From positions 3,141-67,140 of the forward strand of contig JBBRSS010000005.1 of the NCBI GenBank assembly GCA_038245115.1: a DNA stretch of 64,000 nucleotides. The letters are read 5' to 3'. The stretch's first letter is position 1. Each line of letters opens with the position of its first letter. Made by a program: the position numbers and the translations under genes. The notes under the pieces are model-generated. The model made no database searches. It saw nothing but the letters and a program-made list of their open reading frames with translations, and was not told the origin of the DNA. Shown in pieces: positions 49,395 through 57,840 of the stretch. This stretch comes from Candidatus Saccharimonadia bacterium (GTDB lineage: Bacteria; Patescibacteriota; Saccharimonadia; UBA4664).

Positions 49395-49931
49395 ATGAAG
49401 CGCTTACAAATCTTTCTATTTGGTATCTTGGTGGCGATGGTAATGGCGCCGGTTTTTGTCGATGCTGCTCCTGCAGCCATCCCTCTGGGCTGCCCCGGGA
49501 GTAAGTTGCAGGGTCCTATTTCGCCAACCGCCAATTACTCGTGCCCGGGTGGCGGTTCGGTAGTAAACGGGGTATATCATGCACCCGGAATCGTTGCGGG
49601 TGGCGGGCCGGTGTGCGTGGCGTTGCCCGTTTTTGCAGGCTCGCAGGGGTCGTGCGCGAAGGGTCAGGTGGAGATACCAAATAACCCTGGTGATGGCGGC
49701 GCCATCATTTACTATCTCAAGCTGGTCTTGAGGCTCCTTAACCTATTGATCGGGGGAATCATCATTCTTGTGTTGGTGATCGCCGGGATCCAGTACATAA
49801 CCTCGATGGGTGACCCCACTAACGTTAAGAATGCCAAAAAGCGGATATCTAACGCCGTAATTGCACTGATATTGTACCTGATGATGTTTGCTATTTTGAA
49901 TTTCTTGGTCCCCGGAGGAATTCTTTCGTGA
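49395..49931 (+). CDS. VirB2/TrbC-like pilin 1
   Basis: IAGIQYITSMGDPTNVKNAKKRISNAVIAL; TACAAT 7 nt before ATG 49395. Confidence 0.8.
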   Translation: MKRLQIFLFGILVAMVMAPVFVDAAPAAIPLGCPGSKLQGPISPTANYSCPGGGSVVNGVYHAPGIVAGGGPVCVALPVFAGSQGSCAKGQVEIPNNPGDGGAIIYYLKLVLRLLNLLIGGIIILVLVIAGIQYITSMGDPTNVKNAKKRISNAVIALILYLMMFAILNFLVPGGILS

Positions 49932-50278
49932 CCAGCGTGTTGCAGCTTTTTCGTTTGGCGGCCAATGCTTGTGGTACTTCCACGGGCGTGCTGCCAAGCT
50001 TGTATGACAATATTCCATGTACCGGCGGTAATACTCCATCCATAACTACCATATCGCAGGTGGTAGTACTCATCGCGAATGTGCTGCGGATATTGATAGC
50101 AGTTTCGGGCTCACTCGCCGTGATAGCTATTTTGGTGTCGGCAATTTACTACATTACTTCGACCGGAGATCCGGCTAGAGTTAAGAAGGCAAAAGACATC
50201 CTGATCAATACCGCTACGGGTCTAATTCTTATTATTATGTCTTATGCGGCAGTTACGTTTATTGCGGGGAATTTCTAG
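49928..50278 (+). CDS. VirB2/TrbC-like pilin 2
   Basis: YYITSTGDPARVKKAKDILINTATGL. Confidence 0.82.
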   Translation: MTSVLQLFRLAANACGTSTGVLPSLYDNIPCTGGNTPSITTISQVVVLIANVLRILIAVSGSLAVIAILVSAIYYITSTGDPARVKKAKDILINTATGLILIIMSYAAVTFIAGNF

Positions 50279-50593
50279 ATGGTGGGGACGTGGTTGGTTG
50301 CGGCAACGCCGGTGGTAGTAAAGGTTACATGTGCTGAAATCGGAATCGGGAATTGTACGGATAAAACCAAGACTTTGAGCGCGGGTTTTACCAATATCGC
50401 CGGTGGCCTGGTTATATTAATTGGTATGTTGGCGGTGATTTTTATAATTATCAGCGGGTTGCAGATAGCATTATCGGCGGGGGATGCTAAGCGGTATCAG
50501 CAAGGGCTGGATGGATTGAAGTATTCGGTGGCAGGGGTGGTATTGGCGATAATGGCTTACGCAATAGTATCTTTTATTGCAAGCGGTTTCTGA
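50279..50593 (+). CDS. VirB2/TrbC-like pilin 3
   Basis: SGLQIALSAGDAKRYQQGLDGLKYSVAG. Confidence 0.78.
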   Translation: MVGTWLVAATPVVVKVTCAEIGIGNCTDKTKTLSAGFTNIAGGLVILIGMLAVIFIIISGLQIALSAGDAKRYQQGLDGLKYSVAGVVLAIMAYAIVSFIASGF

Positions 50594-50627
50594 TAAAGTA
50601 TAGTAGTAGAAAATAGAGGAGAGAAAA

Positions 50628-50945
50628 ATGAGTGCATTTACGATCTTACTGGGTTCGGCTTCGACTGTCATTACTTCGGGTGCGAATGCTGCCTGCGGTA
50701 GCTCGTGCAACAAGTCGCTGTTACCCGCAACATTTGCGACTATCGCAAATACGCTAACGTATCTAGTGGGCGCAGTATCGGTGATCATGATCATTGTCGG
50801 GGGTTTGCGCTACGTAACTTCTAACGGTGACCAGAAGAACGTGACAGCGGCCAAGGATACTATTCTCTACGCCGTTATTGGCGTGGTAGTGGCAATTGTG
50901 GCCTTCGCGGTTGTGCAGTTTGTGGCCACTCATATTGGAAGTTGA
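50628..50945 (+). CDS. VirB2/TrbC-like pilin 4
   Basis: GGLRYVTSNGDQKNVTAAKDTILYAVIG; GAGGAG RBS. Confidence 0.85.
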   Translation: MSAFTILLGSASTVITSGANAACGSSCNKSLLPATFATIANTLTYLVGAVSVIMIIVGGLRYVTSNGDQKNVTAAKDTILYAVIGVVVAIVAFAVVQFVATHIGS

Positions 50946-51012
50946 TTGCTTGTCGTAAGCGCTTATGCTAATGTCACATCAAACTGAATTTTTATTAAGG
51001 AGTTTATTTCCA

Positions 51013-51462
51013 ATGAGCATAGAAACGTTAGTAAAGAAAGTGGCGCTGTCGCTCCAGGCGCTCGTGTTGGTGTTGGGAGTAGGCTCAGCATCGGTAGTGG
51101 GCTTGGCGGTTTCCGCTGGACCGGCATATGGTGCCTCCACAAACTGTAACGACTCCACAGCGATATCAGACCCTTTAACGGCTGGTGCTTCGTGTTCGCA
51201 AGGCAATAGCCAGAAGGATAATTTGTTTGGCAACGGTGGAATTTTTACAATCATTGCCAATACCTTGATTTTCCTCGTGGGTGCGATTTCGGTAATTTTC
51301 CTCATTATCGGTGGACTGCGTTACGTAGTCTCGAACGGTGACTCCAAGAATGTTACGGCGGCCAAGGATACTATCTTGTACGCAGTTATTGGTGTCGTGG
51401 TGGCCGTGGTTTCCTTTGCGCTAATCCAGTTCGTCATCAAGGCCTTGAACCAAGCAAGCTAA
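51013..51462 (+). CDS. VirB2/TrbC-like pilin 5
   Basis: GGLRYVVSNGDSKNVTAAKDTILYAVIG; AAGGAG RBS before ATG 51013. Confidence 0.85.
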   Translation: MSIETLVKKVALSLQALVLVLGVGSASVVGLAVSAGPAYGASTNCNDSTAISDPLTAGASCSQGNSQKDNLFGNGGIFTIIANTLIFLVGAISVIFLIIGGLRYVVSNGDSKNVTAAKDTILYAVIGVVVAVVSFALIQFVIKALNQAS

Positions 51463-51479
51463 CAGTTCCGGCCTTTTAG

Positions 51480-51503
51480 AAGAGACCCGTAAGGGTCTTT
51501 TTT
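51480..51503 (+). terminator. intrinsic terminator of pilin operon
   Basis: AGAGACCC-gtaa-GGGTCTTTTTT. Confidence 0.85.
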
Positions 51504-51528
51504 AATGTTTAAGGGTGGGCCGACAAAG

Positions 51529-51557
51529 AATAACACCGCCAGTGAGGCGGTGTTATT
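51529..51557 (-). terminator. intrinsic terminator of hsp20
   Basis: AATAACACCGCC-agtga-GGCGGTGTTATT; minus strand continues CTTT. Confidence 0.8.
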
Positions 51558-51576
51558 GGTGAGCTGGAGACTTGGG

Positions 51577-52014
51577 CTATACGACAGGTTTGACCTTGAT
51601 CTTCTTGACCTTGTCTTGGGCAACCTTGGGAATAGTCACCGTGAGGACGCCGTCCTTGAGAGACGCAGCGGCCTTCTCGGCAATCGTGGAGGTCGGCAGA
51701 ATGACTGAGCGGGAGAACGAGCCCCAGTAGCATTCCTGGACATAGTAGTGCTCGCGGTCAACTTCTTTTTCTTCGATGCGTTCGCCGCGAATAGTAACGA
51801 CGTCTTCGGCGACTTCGATATCAATCTTGTCTGGTGTAACCCCGGCGATGGGGGCCTTGATGACGACGTTTTCTTTGGTCTGGTAGACGTCGACGGCCAG
51901 CTGGCCTTCGGCCTCGGCCATCCAGTCTTCCTCACCCTCGACAGAGGTGTCTAGGAAGTCGTCTTGTAATACGTTTTCTTGATCGTTGAGGGGAGCGTTT
52001 TTCTTGCCCGGCAT
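51577..52014 (-). CDS. Hsp20/alpha-crystallin small heat-shock protein
   Basis: LAVDVYQT, TIRGER, ECYWGSFSRSVILP, LKDGVLTVTIPK; GGAGG RBS before ATG 52014. Confidence 0.92.
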   Translation of the reverse strand: MPGKKNAPLNDQENVLQDDFLDTSVEGEEDWMAEAEGQLAVDVYQTKENVVIKAPIAGVTPDKIDIEVAEDVVTIRGERIEEKEVDREHYYVQECYWGSFSRSVILPTSTIAEKAAASLKDGVLTVTIPKVAQDKVKKIKVKPVV

Positions 52015-52130
52015 GCAGGTGAGCCTCCGCGTTAATGACTTCATGATTTTACAGGCCTGCTTTGTAATTTGCGATGCAGGTAAGTTTTCCCTATTATAGC
52101 CAAATGTTGCGTTGAAAGGCAAGCAAGGGA

Positions 52131-52793
52131 GTGATAATTGATCGATTATTGGAAATTTTAGCGCCGATTAACTGCTTGGGATGCGGATTCGAGGGTGCTG
52201 TAGTTTGTACAACATGCATGGATGGCTTGAGCGCGCCAAGCCGGACAATATGCTTTGGTTGCGGCAGAAATAGCCCCGGCGGAAAAACCTGCGAGCTATG
52301 CGTCAGACGCAGTTCGTTGGCCGGAGTGAGCGTGGGGGCGAATTATGACGGCACGGTGAAGGAGCTGATTCTGCAACTGAAGTTCCATCGTTTGCGCGCA
52401 GCAACCGAGGCGGCAGCAGAGATTATGTTGCGTACGGAGCCGTATTGGCCACGGGTTCACATGGTAACTAGTGTGCCGGTATCGGCGTCGCGCCAGCGTG
52501 AGCGGGGGTACAACCAGTCGGAATTGTTGGCTAAGGCTGTAGCGAGGCGAGTCGGCTTGCCCTACTCCGCGGCGCTAGGGAGACTCACTACGACGCATCA
52601 GATCGGTTTGGATCGCCGTAGCCGCTTCGAACAGGTTGAGAGTGCTTTTTATGCCAAGCGGGCCCTGATGGGCCAGCAGGTGCTGCTGGTGGACGATGTG
52701 GTGACTACTGGCGCAACTTTATCGGCTTGCGCCGGGATGTTGCGGGATGCTGGCGCCGCCGGGATTTGGGCTGTGGCCGTCGCTCGGCACTAA
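52131..52793 (+). CDS. comF: ComF-family competence protein (double zinc ribbon plus PRTase)
   Basis: CxxC pairs, RGYNQS, LLVDDVVTTGATL. Confidence 0.92.
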   Translation: MIIDRLLEILAPINCLGCGFEGAVVCTTCMDGLSAPSRTICFGCGRNSPGGKTCELCVRRSSLAGVSVGANYDGTVKELILQLKFHRLRAATEAAAEIMLRTEPYWPRVHMVTSVPVSASRQRERGYNQSELLAKAVARRVGLPYSAALGRLTTTHQIGLDRRSRFEQVESAFYAKRALMGQQVLLVDDVVTTGATLSACAGMLRDAGAAGIWAVAVARH

Positions 52794-52829
52794 GCGCAGT
52801 GCATGAGGGTTTTTGGTATGATTCTCGCA

Positions 52830-54128
52830 ATGAAGTGGTTTGTAATTGGACTGATGTATGTGGGGGTATTCGCGGCTGTGGCCGTGGGTTCATATATTTC
52901 GCCGAACTATAGATTCAACGGCGCCGGAGTGCTGACGGTCCTTAGTATTATCGGAGTAGTTGCGATAGTGATGTGGCGGCGGCGTAAACTCACCCGTCTG
53001 GACTGGCTCTTACCGGTATTGTTGATATTGATTGCCCTGGCGAGTTTTCCGAATACCTCGCGAGATCATTTACGATATTTGTTTGACGGCGAAATGATTC
53101 GGCTGATGCACCTATCGCCGTACGTCCATTTGCCCTATGAATTTCCCGTAGACCAATACTCGCAGGCGTTTGATCACATCTGGTGGACGCAGATCCCCAG
53201 CCCTTACGGACCATTGTGGCAGGCGTTGATGGTAGCGATAAATTTTGTTTCGGATAATCAGATTGTTTGGGGCGTGGTGGCGCTGAAGTTGGTGAATTTG
53301 GCAGGCTTGCTGGTGTGCGCGCGGTATATTTTCTTGATTACGCGTAAAGCATGGATAAGCTACGTTTTTTTAATTAACCCCGTAATTTTAATTAATACTG
53401 TGGCAACGCCACACTCCGACATCGTGATAGCAGCGGGTTTGATGGTGGCAGTTTATCACCAAAATGCGTCGGTCCGGGGAGTGCTCGTTGGTGCGGCAGG
53501 TTTAATAAAGGCCCATTCACTAATTTTCTGGCCGTTTTTGGTTAAAAGCAGGCGTAGCGCAATCGCATTAGCGGGCTGGACATCGGGCGCGCTGGTGGTA
53601 TTTTTGTTGGCGCTAAAGCCCCTAGTTGGGTTTGAGTGGCGGCCGATGCTGCAGGCTGGCCAGGGCGGAGGGGTAACGGGGATGGTCTCATTACTGATGT
53701 ACCATTTGCTGCCTGGGGCTTCGGCAAATCATGTTATCTTGGCTTCGTATGGGCTTTTTCTGGTAATGTATGGATTCATTTTGGGATTATATGTCCGGCA
53801 GAGGGTGTCGTCTTTGACCGGGCTGGCATTAGCCAGTCTAGCAGTACCCCTTTGTTTGACGGGTGTATTGCTGCCTTGGCATTTTATTATTCCGTTCGCC
53901 TGCTTGTTGATTTGCGAGAAGCCCCTGGCGACTGCGGCGGTCTTGGTTGTTACGCTTCTATGTATGAGGTCCGCCGTAACTGTGCCGGAATTAATTGGGC
54001 TGTCGGTGCTCATTGCGGCAGCTTACTTGGCATTGCGTTGGACTTACGGAAAAATCTCGGATCCGCCAGAACTGATTGTTCGAATCGGAGGATATTTGAA
54101 ATATGAGCACGAGCCTCAGGCTAAATAG
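52830..54128 (+). CDS. GT-C membrane glycosyltransferase (MptA/MptB-like)
   Basis: SRDHLRYLFDG, SPY, SPYGPLW, NPV, HSD, PWH motifs; TATGAT 7 nt before ATG 52830. Confidence 0.7.
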   Translation: MKWFVIGLMYVGVFAAVAVGSYISPNYRFNGAGVLTVLSIIGVVAIVMWRRRKLTRLDWLLPVLLILIALASFPNTSRDHLRYLFDGEMIRLMHLSPYVHLPYEFPVDQYSQAFDHIWWTQIPSPYGPLWQALMVAINFVSDNQIVWGVVALKLVNLAGLLVCARYIFLITRKAWISYVFLINPVILINTVATPHSDIVIAAGLMVAVYHQNASVRGVLVGAAGLIKAHSLIFWPFLVKSRRSAIALAGWTSGALVVFLLALKPLVGFEWRPMLQAGQGGGVTGMVSLLMYHLLPGASANHVILASYGLFLVMYGFILGLYVRQRVSSLTGLALASLAVPLCLTGVLLPWHFIIPFACLLICEKPLATAAVLVVTLLCMRSAVTVPELIGLSVLIAAAYLALRWTYGKISDPPELIVRIGGYLKYEHEPQAK

Positions 54129-54153
54129 GCCCTTACATTAAGGGTGAGTTATC

Positions 54154-54807
54154 CTAGTCGAAAAGACCTTTTTGGCTGTCTGTTTCTATTGCGGCGTCCA
54201 GAATGTCGTCGATGTCTTGGGTGGATAATGGTTTTACGCCTGCATCCAATAAGCGCATAAGTGCTAACTTGGCAGTCTCGCCATCGTTGTCTTCGTGGTT
54301 CATCTCGGCGTCATTAGTTTCGTAAAGGAGTGAGTTGGCGCGGAATCGGCTGGCATATCCTTCGGGCAATTCTCCTTGATCTTCAAGGTGTACGGCTCGG
54401 ACTACTTCGTCGGGAATAAAGCTTAAGGCAGCTATTAAATTTGAATGTCTGTCTAGGAATGAGTTAATTTTTGTCGCCTTAACATTTTGCTCATTTACGC
54501 TGCCGGACAATATAGGCTGAATTTCATCGTTCTCGGGGTCTCTTTTCAAATCGAAGTCGACTATTTTGGACTCCATGAGCCGTTCTAGCGCAATTCCTAT
54601 CGGATACGATGGATTCGCGACGAGCCGTGCAAGTTTATCGGCGGCGCTTTGGCCGCCATGGGTTGTGCTGTCTGGCGGCATAGGCATTTCGATCATGTTA
54701 ACGATATCCCCTTCTACAGCGTCATCTGGATTTTCGTAAATGGAATTTACAAATTCTTCGGCACGTTTCCAGTCTGGGCCTCGATAGGAGGGTTCGTACT
54801 CGCCCAT
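54154..54807 (-). CDS. acidic hypothetical protein
   Basis: 217-aa ORF with GGGAG RBS. Confidence 0.55.
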   Translation of the reverse strand: MGEYEPSYRGPDWKRAEEFVNSIYENPDDAVEGDIVNMIEMPMPPDSTTHGGQSAADKLARLVANPSYPIGIALERLMESKIVDFDLKRDPENDEIQPILSGSVNEQNVKATKINSFLDRHSNLIAALSFIPDEVVRAVHLEDQGELPEGYASRFRANSLLYETNDAEMNHEDNDGETAKLALMRLLDAGVKPLSTQDIDDILDAAIETDSQKGLFD

Positions 54808-54914
54808 TCTTTTCTCCCGTTAACATTTTGTGATTCAATTATAGTGTAAAAAACTCGGGGCGGGTCTTGAGTGAAAGCTTGCTGCGCGGTATAGTATCGA
54901 GGTTCAGCTAGTAC

Positions 54915-55007
54915 GGAGAGGTACCCAAGTGGCTGAAGGGGCGGGTTTGCTAAACCTGTAGGGGGGAGTAATCCCCCGCGAGAGTTCGAATCTCTCCCTC
55001 TCCGCCA
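54915..55007 (+). tRNA. tRNA-Ser(GCT)
   Basis: GGAGAGG/CCTCTCC acceptor stem, CGGGT-TTGCTAA-ACCTG anticodon arm, long variable arm, GTTCGAAT T-loop, encoded CCA. Confidence 0.97.
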
Positions 55008-55014
55008 GAGCATT

Positions 55015-55046
55015 AGCCCGATTTCGCATTGCGGATCGGGTTTTTG
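55015..55046 (+). terminator. terminator after tRNA
   Basis: AGCCCGAT...ATCGGGTTTTT. Confidence 0.65.
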
Positions 55047-55066
55047 CTTTGCTATTTTTCCCGCGA

Positions 55067-56602
55067 TCACGGTGAAACGATCACCCAATCGGCGTTTTGA
55101 TAGTCGGTTTTGTAGCGGCAGGCTGCAAAGTAATCTATCTGAGGTTTCATGGTAGTTCGATCAAGAATAACGCCGGATACCCGGCCGTTTTTAAGGTGCT
55201 GAGTTATTAGATTACACGGGAATGCGGGGGTGGCGATGTCACGAAGGAGGTTGTTCCAGGCGTGATAATTTGGGCTTTCCGGGGGTTGAACGTTGAGCAT
55301 GCGGGTACGGCTGAGCCACGGGAATCGCATAACGGCCCAATGGCTGCCGATGAAGGACTGCTGGGGATGATTCTCGAGGTAATGCGCCGTCTGCCGATCG
55401 GTGGCGGTGACGGTGACGGGTCGGAGATTTGCGGCAAGATATTGGCTTTGGGCTTCGTAGCTTATGGCTATGAGAATGATTACATTGGTGGCAAGAACGG
55501 CTAATATATATTTTCGATAATGGCGGGCTAGCGTGAGATTGGCGAGCCGCACGGTTGTCAGAGTGAGAGGGAGCAGCAGAATTAGGACAGAACGACGCCA
55601 GCTGTGAACGGGAATAAGCTGCCAGACGGTCGAAACCGTAAGCCATACGCCAAGGTATGGATCGATGGCGCGAGTTATCATCACGCGGGTAATCTGATCT
55701 TTTCTGAGCGTGAGTGCTGCCAATATTAGAGCGATTATGATGCCAATGAGTAGCGGTAGTAAGGTTTTGGGCTCGAAGAGAGTGATATTGGTGGCGAGTT
55801 GGTTGCGGAAGAATTCGTTGGTGTTCCCCAACCAGGCGTAGTAGGCGCCGGCCAAGAGGGTGGGCAAGATAAGTGTTGACGTTCGAAGGTGGCGGAGCCT
55901 GTTGGATTTGCCGGAGATTAATGCCCAGGCGACGATAATGGTTAGCCAATAAAAAATATAATACGGATGAATTAGAGCCCATGCTCCTGCCAGTAGCCCC
56001 AGTAGCGGCCAAGTACGAGTATTTTCACGGTTAATATACAGGCCGCCGAGGCAAACTATGGTCATGAGGATTGAGAATAGATCCGATGGCGAGGCAATTG
56101 TTGCGTACACGAGGGAGGCATCGGTGAGCTCGCGGCCGAAGCCGAGTAGCATTAGCGGAAATGGTATGAACACCAGGAGGCCGCATAGCCATAGCATGGT
56201 GCGGTTGGGATTTTGGTCGGTTTGACGGCACCAGGCGCGATTGAAATAGAATAGTGCAATCCCGATGCCGATAAGTAAGATGAGGCGGAGGCCGATGGCG
56301 GCTAACGCGGGTGAGTCGAAGTGATATAACGAGTGGCTGAAGCTCCAGAGGAGCTGGACGCGGCAACCGCCTTCGTTGAGCGTGGAGGTGAGGTTTTGCA
56401 GGCAGATGGTGGGGCTGGCAATCAGGATGTTGTAGATCCGATCGTCGACTGTGAAAGCGGGGATGACCTGGGTGGAGCCGGCGGTGAATACTGTTCGGAG
56501 CAGGGCAACAATGAAGCCGCCGAACCCTATGAGCAGAGCAAGAATTAGGCTCAGGCTGAGGGTAAGTGCGGCCGGAGGAGATTTGAGAGACAGTCGTGTC
56601 AC
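55067..56602 (-). CDS. multi-TM membrane protein (GT-C-like)
   Basis: About 11 TMs, DD near first loop, IHPY motif; overlaps upstream stop. Confidence 0.6.
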   Translation of the reverse strand: MTRLSLKSPPAALTLSLSLILALLIGFGGFIVALLRTVFTAGSTQVIPAFTVDDRIYNILIASPTICLQNLTSTLNEGGCRVQLLWSFSHSLYHFDSPALAAIGLRLILLIGIGIALFYFNRAWCRQTDQNPNRTMLWLCGLLVFIPFPLMLLGFGRELTDASLVYATIASPSDLFSILMTIVCLGGLYINRENTRTWPLLGLLAGAWALIHPYYIFYWLTIIVAWALISGKSNRLRHLRTSTLILPTLLAGAYYAWLGNTNEFFRNQLATNITLFEPKTLLPLLIGIIIALILAALTLRKDQITRVMITRAIDPYLGVWLTVSTVWQLIPVHSWRRSVLILLLPLTLTTVRLANLTLARHYRKYILAVLATNVIILIAISYEAQSQYLAANLRPVTVTATDRQTAHYLENHPQQSFIGSHWAVMRFPWLSRTRMLNVQPPESPNYHAWNNLLRDIATPAFPCNLITQHLKNGRVSGVILDRTTMKPQIDYFAACRYKTDYQNADWVIVSP

Positions 56603-56862
56603 CGATTTCGGCTTCGAATGAAGGCGATGAGTTGCTGTTTGAGCTGGCTGTAGGCCGGTTTGCCCAGGGTTGCAACGCCAGCTATAAAACTGATCTCGGC
56701 TGATACGAGGACGATGATCCAGATGAGCCCTTGATGGCTCACGTGGGTAAATGGGATGATGAATTCAGCTGCCCAACCAAGACCGGCCAGATAAATAAAT
56801 GTGATCCCAATTTTGAGGCGGTGTGTTAGGAGCGGCAGATTGGGTTTTGGGCGGGCAATCAT
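56599..56862 (-). CDS. small two-TM protein (transporter-suffix-like)
   Basis: AEISFIAGVATLGKPAYSQLK pattern. Confidence 0.65.
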   Translation of the reverse strand: MIARPKPNLPLLTHRLKIGITFIYLAGLGWAAEFIIPFTHVSHQGLIWIIVLVSAEISFIAGVATLGKPAYSQLKQQLIAFIRSRNR

Positions 56863-57020
56863 TGTAAGGATTTGAGCTCACGCTGCAGATTGGCGCAGAG
56901 CAAGATTTGCTGTGTAGGCTCGAGGTAGTCGAAAATTTCTAGCCAGTAATTGAGCTCGCCCGGATCTTCGCCGAGCCCGATTAGCTGGTGAACGAGGGTA
57001 GTGAGTTCAAGCTTGTCCAT
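56859..57020 (-). CDS. 53-aa hypothetical protein
   Basis: MDKLELTTLVHQLIGLGEDPGELNYWLEIFDYLEPTQQILLCANLQRELKSLQ; TAG-ATG junction upstream, ATGA overlap downstream. Confidence 0.7.
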   Translation of the reverse strand: MDKLELTTLVHQLIGLGEDPGELNYWLEIFDYLEPTQQILLCANLQRELKSLQ

Positions 57021-57665
57021 CTATGCGGCCCTCTCAGCTTCAATTTGGGGGCCACTCTTAGGGTAATCTCGAATGTCGGCGATTATCTTTCTAATCTTGA
57101 GCTCGGTGGCTGTTTCGGCTTTGGCGGTGAGGTTCGGGTTGGAGGCCATGAACTTGGCCGATATTTCGAAAATACGAGCCGATTTGGCGGCTCCTTTTTC
57201 GGCCAGGCTGGCAGCCAACTTTCCGACTAGGTTTACGCTTTTACCGGCCAACATAGTCCCCTCTGGGATATCTTCGATACCGGTGAAGTCTAAGGCCAGA
57301 CTGCCGGCACCCATAGCGGCGTGTATGATCCGACTTCTTCCACTGACCTCATTGCCGTCAAGGGTTGTACTGGCGATAGATTCGGTGAGCAGCTTGCTTC
57401 CGCCTAAGAATGGAACAAGATTGAGGCCGTTGCTGACTAGGGGCGAGGTTAGGACACCCTTGAGAATGTTTCCGCGTTCGGCACTAGCTTGCTCGATGAC
57501 TTTGTCTCTCTCCGCGCCTGACTCGGGCGTAGCTTGGGTGTCACGATGAGCTTCTGGGTGAGCGCCGGCTTCGGCACGGATAGCGAGAAGCTCGTCGGTG
57601 AGGGCGTCGTGTGATTCGGCTTCGTTTATATCGGGCTGATCTTCCATTAAGTCATTGGTGTCCAT
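57021..57665 (-). CDS. hypothetical protein
   Basis: Acidic N-terminus, amphipathic Gly/Ala segment (LNLVPFLGGSK). Confidence 0.6.
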   Translation of the reverse strand: MDTNDLMEDQPDINEAESHDALTDELLAIRAEAGAHPEAHRDTQATPESGAERDKVIEQASAERGNILKGVLTSPLVSNGLNLVPFLGGSKLLTESIASTTLDGNEVSGRSRIIHAAMGAGSLALDFTGIEDIPEGTMLAGKSVNLVGKLAASLAEKGAAKSARIFEISAKFMASNPNLTAKAETATELKIRKIIADIRDYPKSGPQIEAERAA

Positions 57666-57695
57666 AAGTTTAGCCGCCTATTGTTAGAGCAAGAA

Positions 57696-57806
57696 TTGGC
57701 GGAACACACGGGTCTGGAACTCAGAATATGTATCAATTTTTTACACTTTACAGATAATAATGGGACAAATGAGACACAGAACACCTATATGCGTCGTGTC
57801 TCATTT
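57696..57806 (+). repeat. composite element-end motif, copy 2
   Basis: TTGGCGGAACACACGGGTCTGGAAC-N37-TAATGGGACAAATGAGACAC-N18-GTGTCTCATTT. Confidence 0.85.
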
Positions 57807-57840
57807 ATAGGTAGCTAGTAATGTTTTTGGGCTTTTGCGG

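Noticed and set aside
54915-55007. tRNA-Ser(GCT) as the integration site of units A and B
   Set aside because: The att-like cores are in the opposite orientation and share only 7-8 nt with its 3' end; no direct-repeat copy found.
1398-56675. Numerous 60-280-aa antisense or alternate-frame ORFs in the track (e.g. 11938-12768, 24653-25291, 55239-56012)
   Set aside because: Shadows of well-supported genes in GC-rich DNA; no recognisable motifs or RBS.
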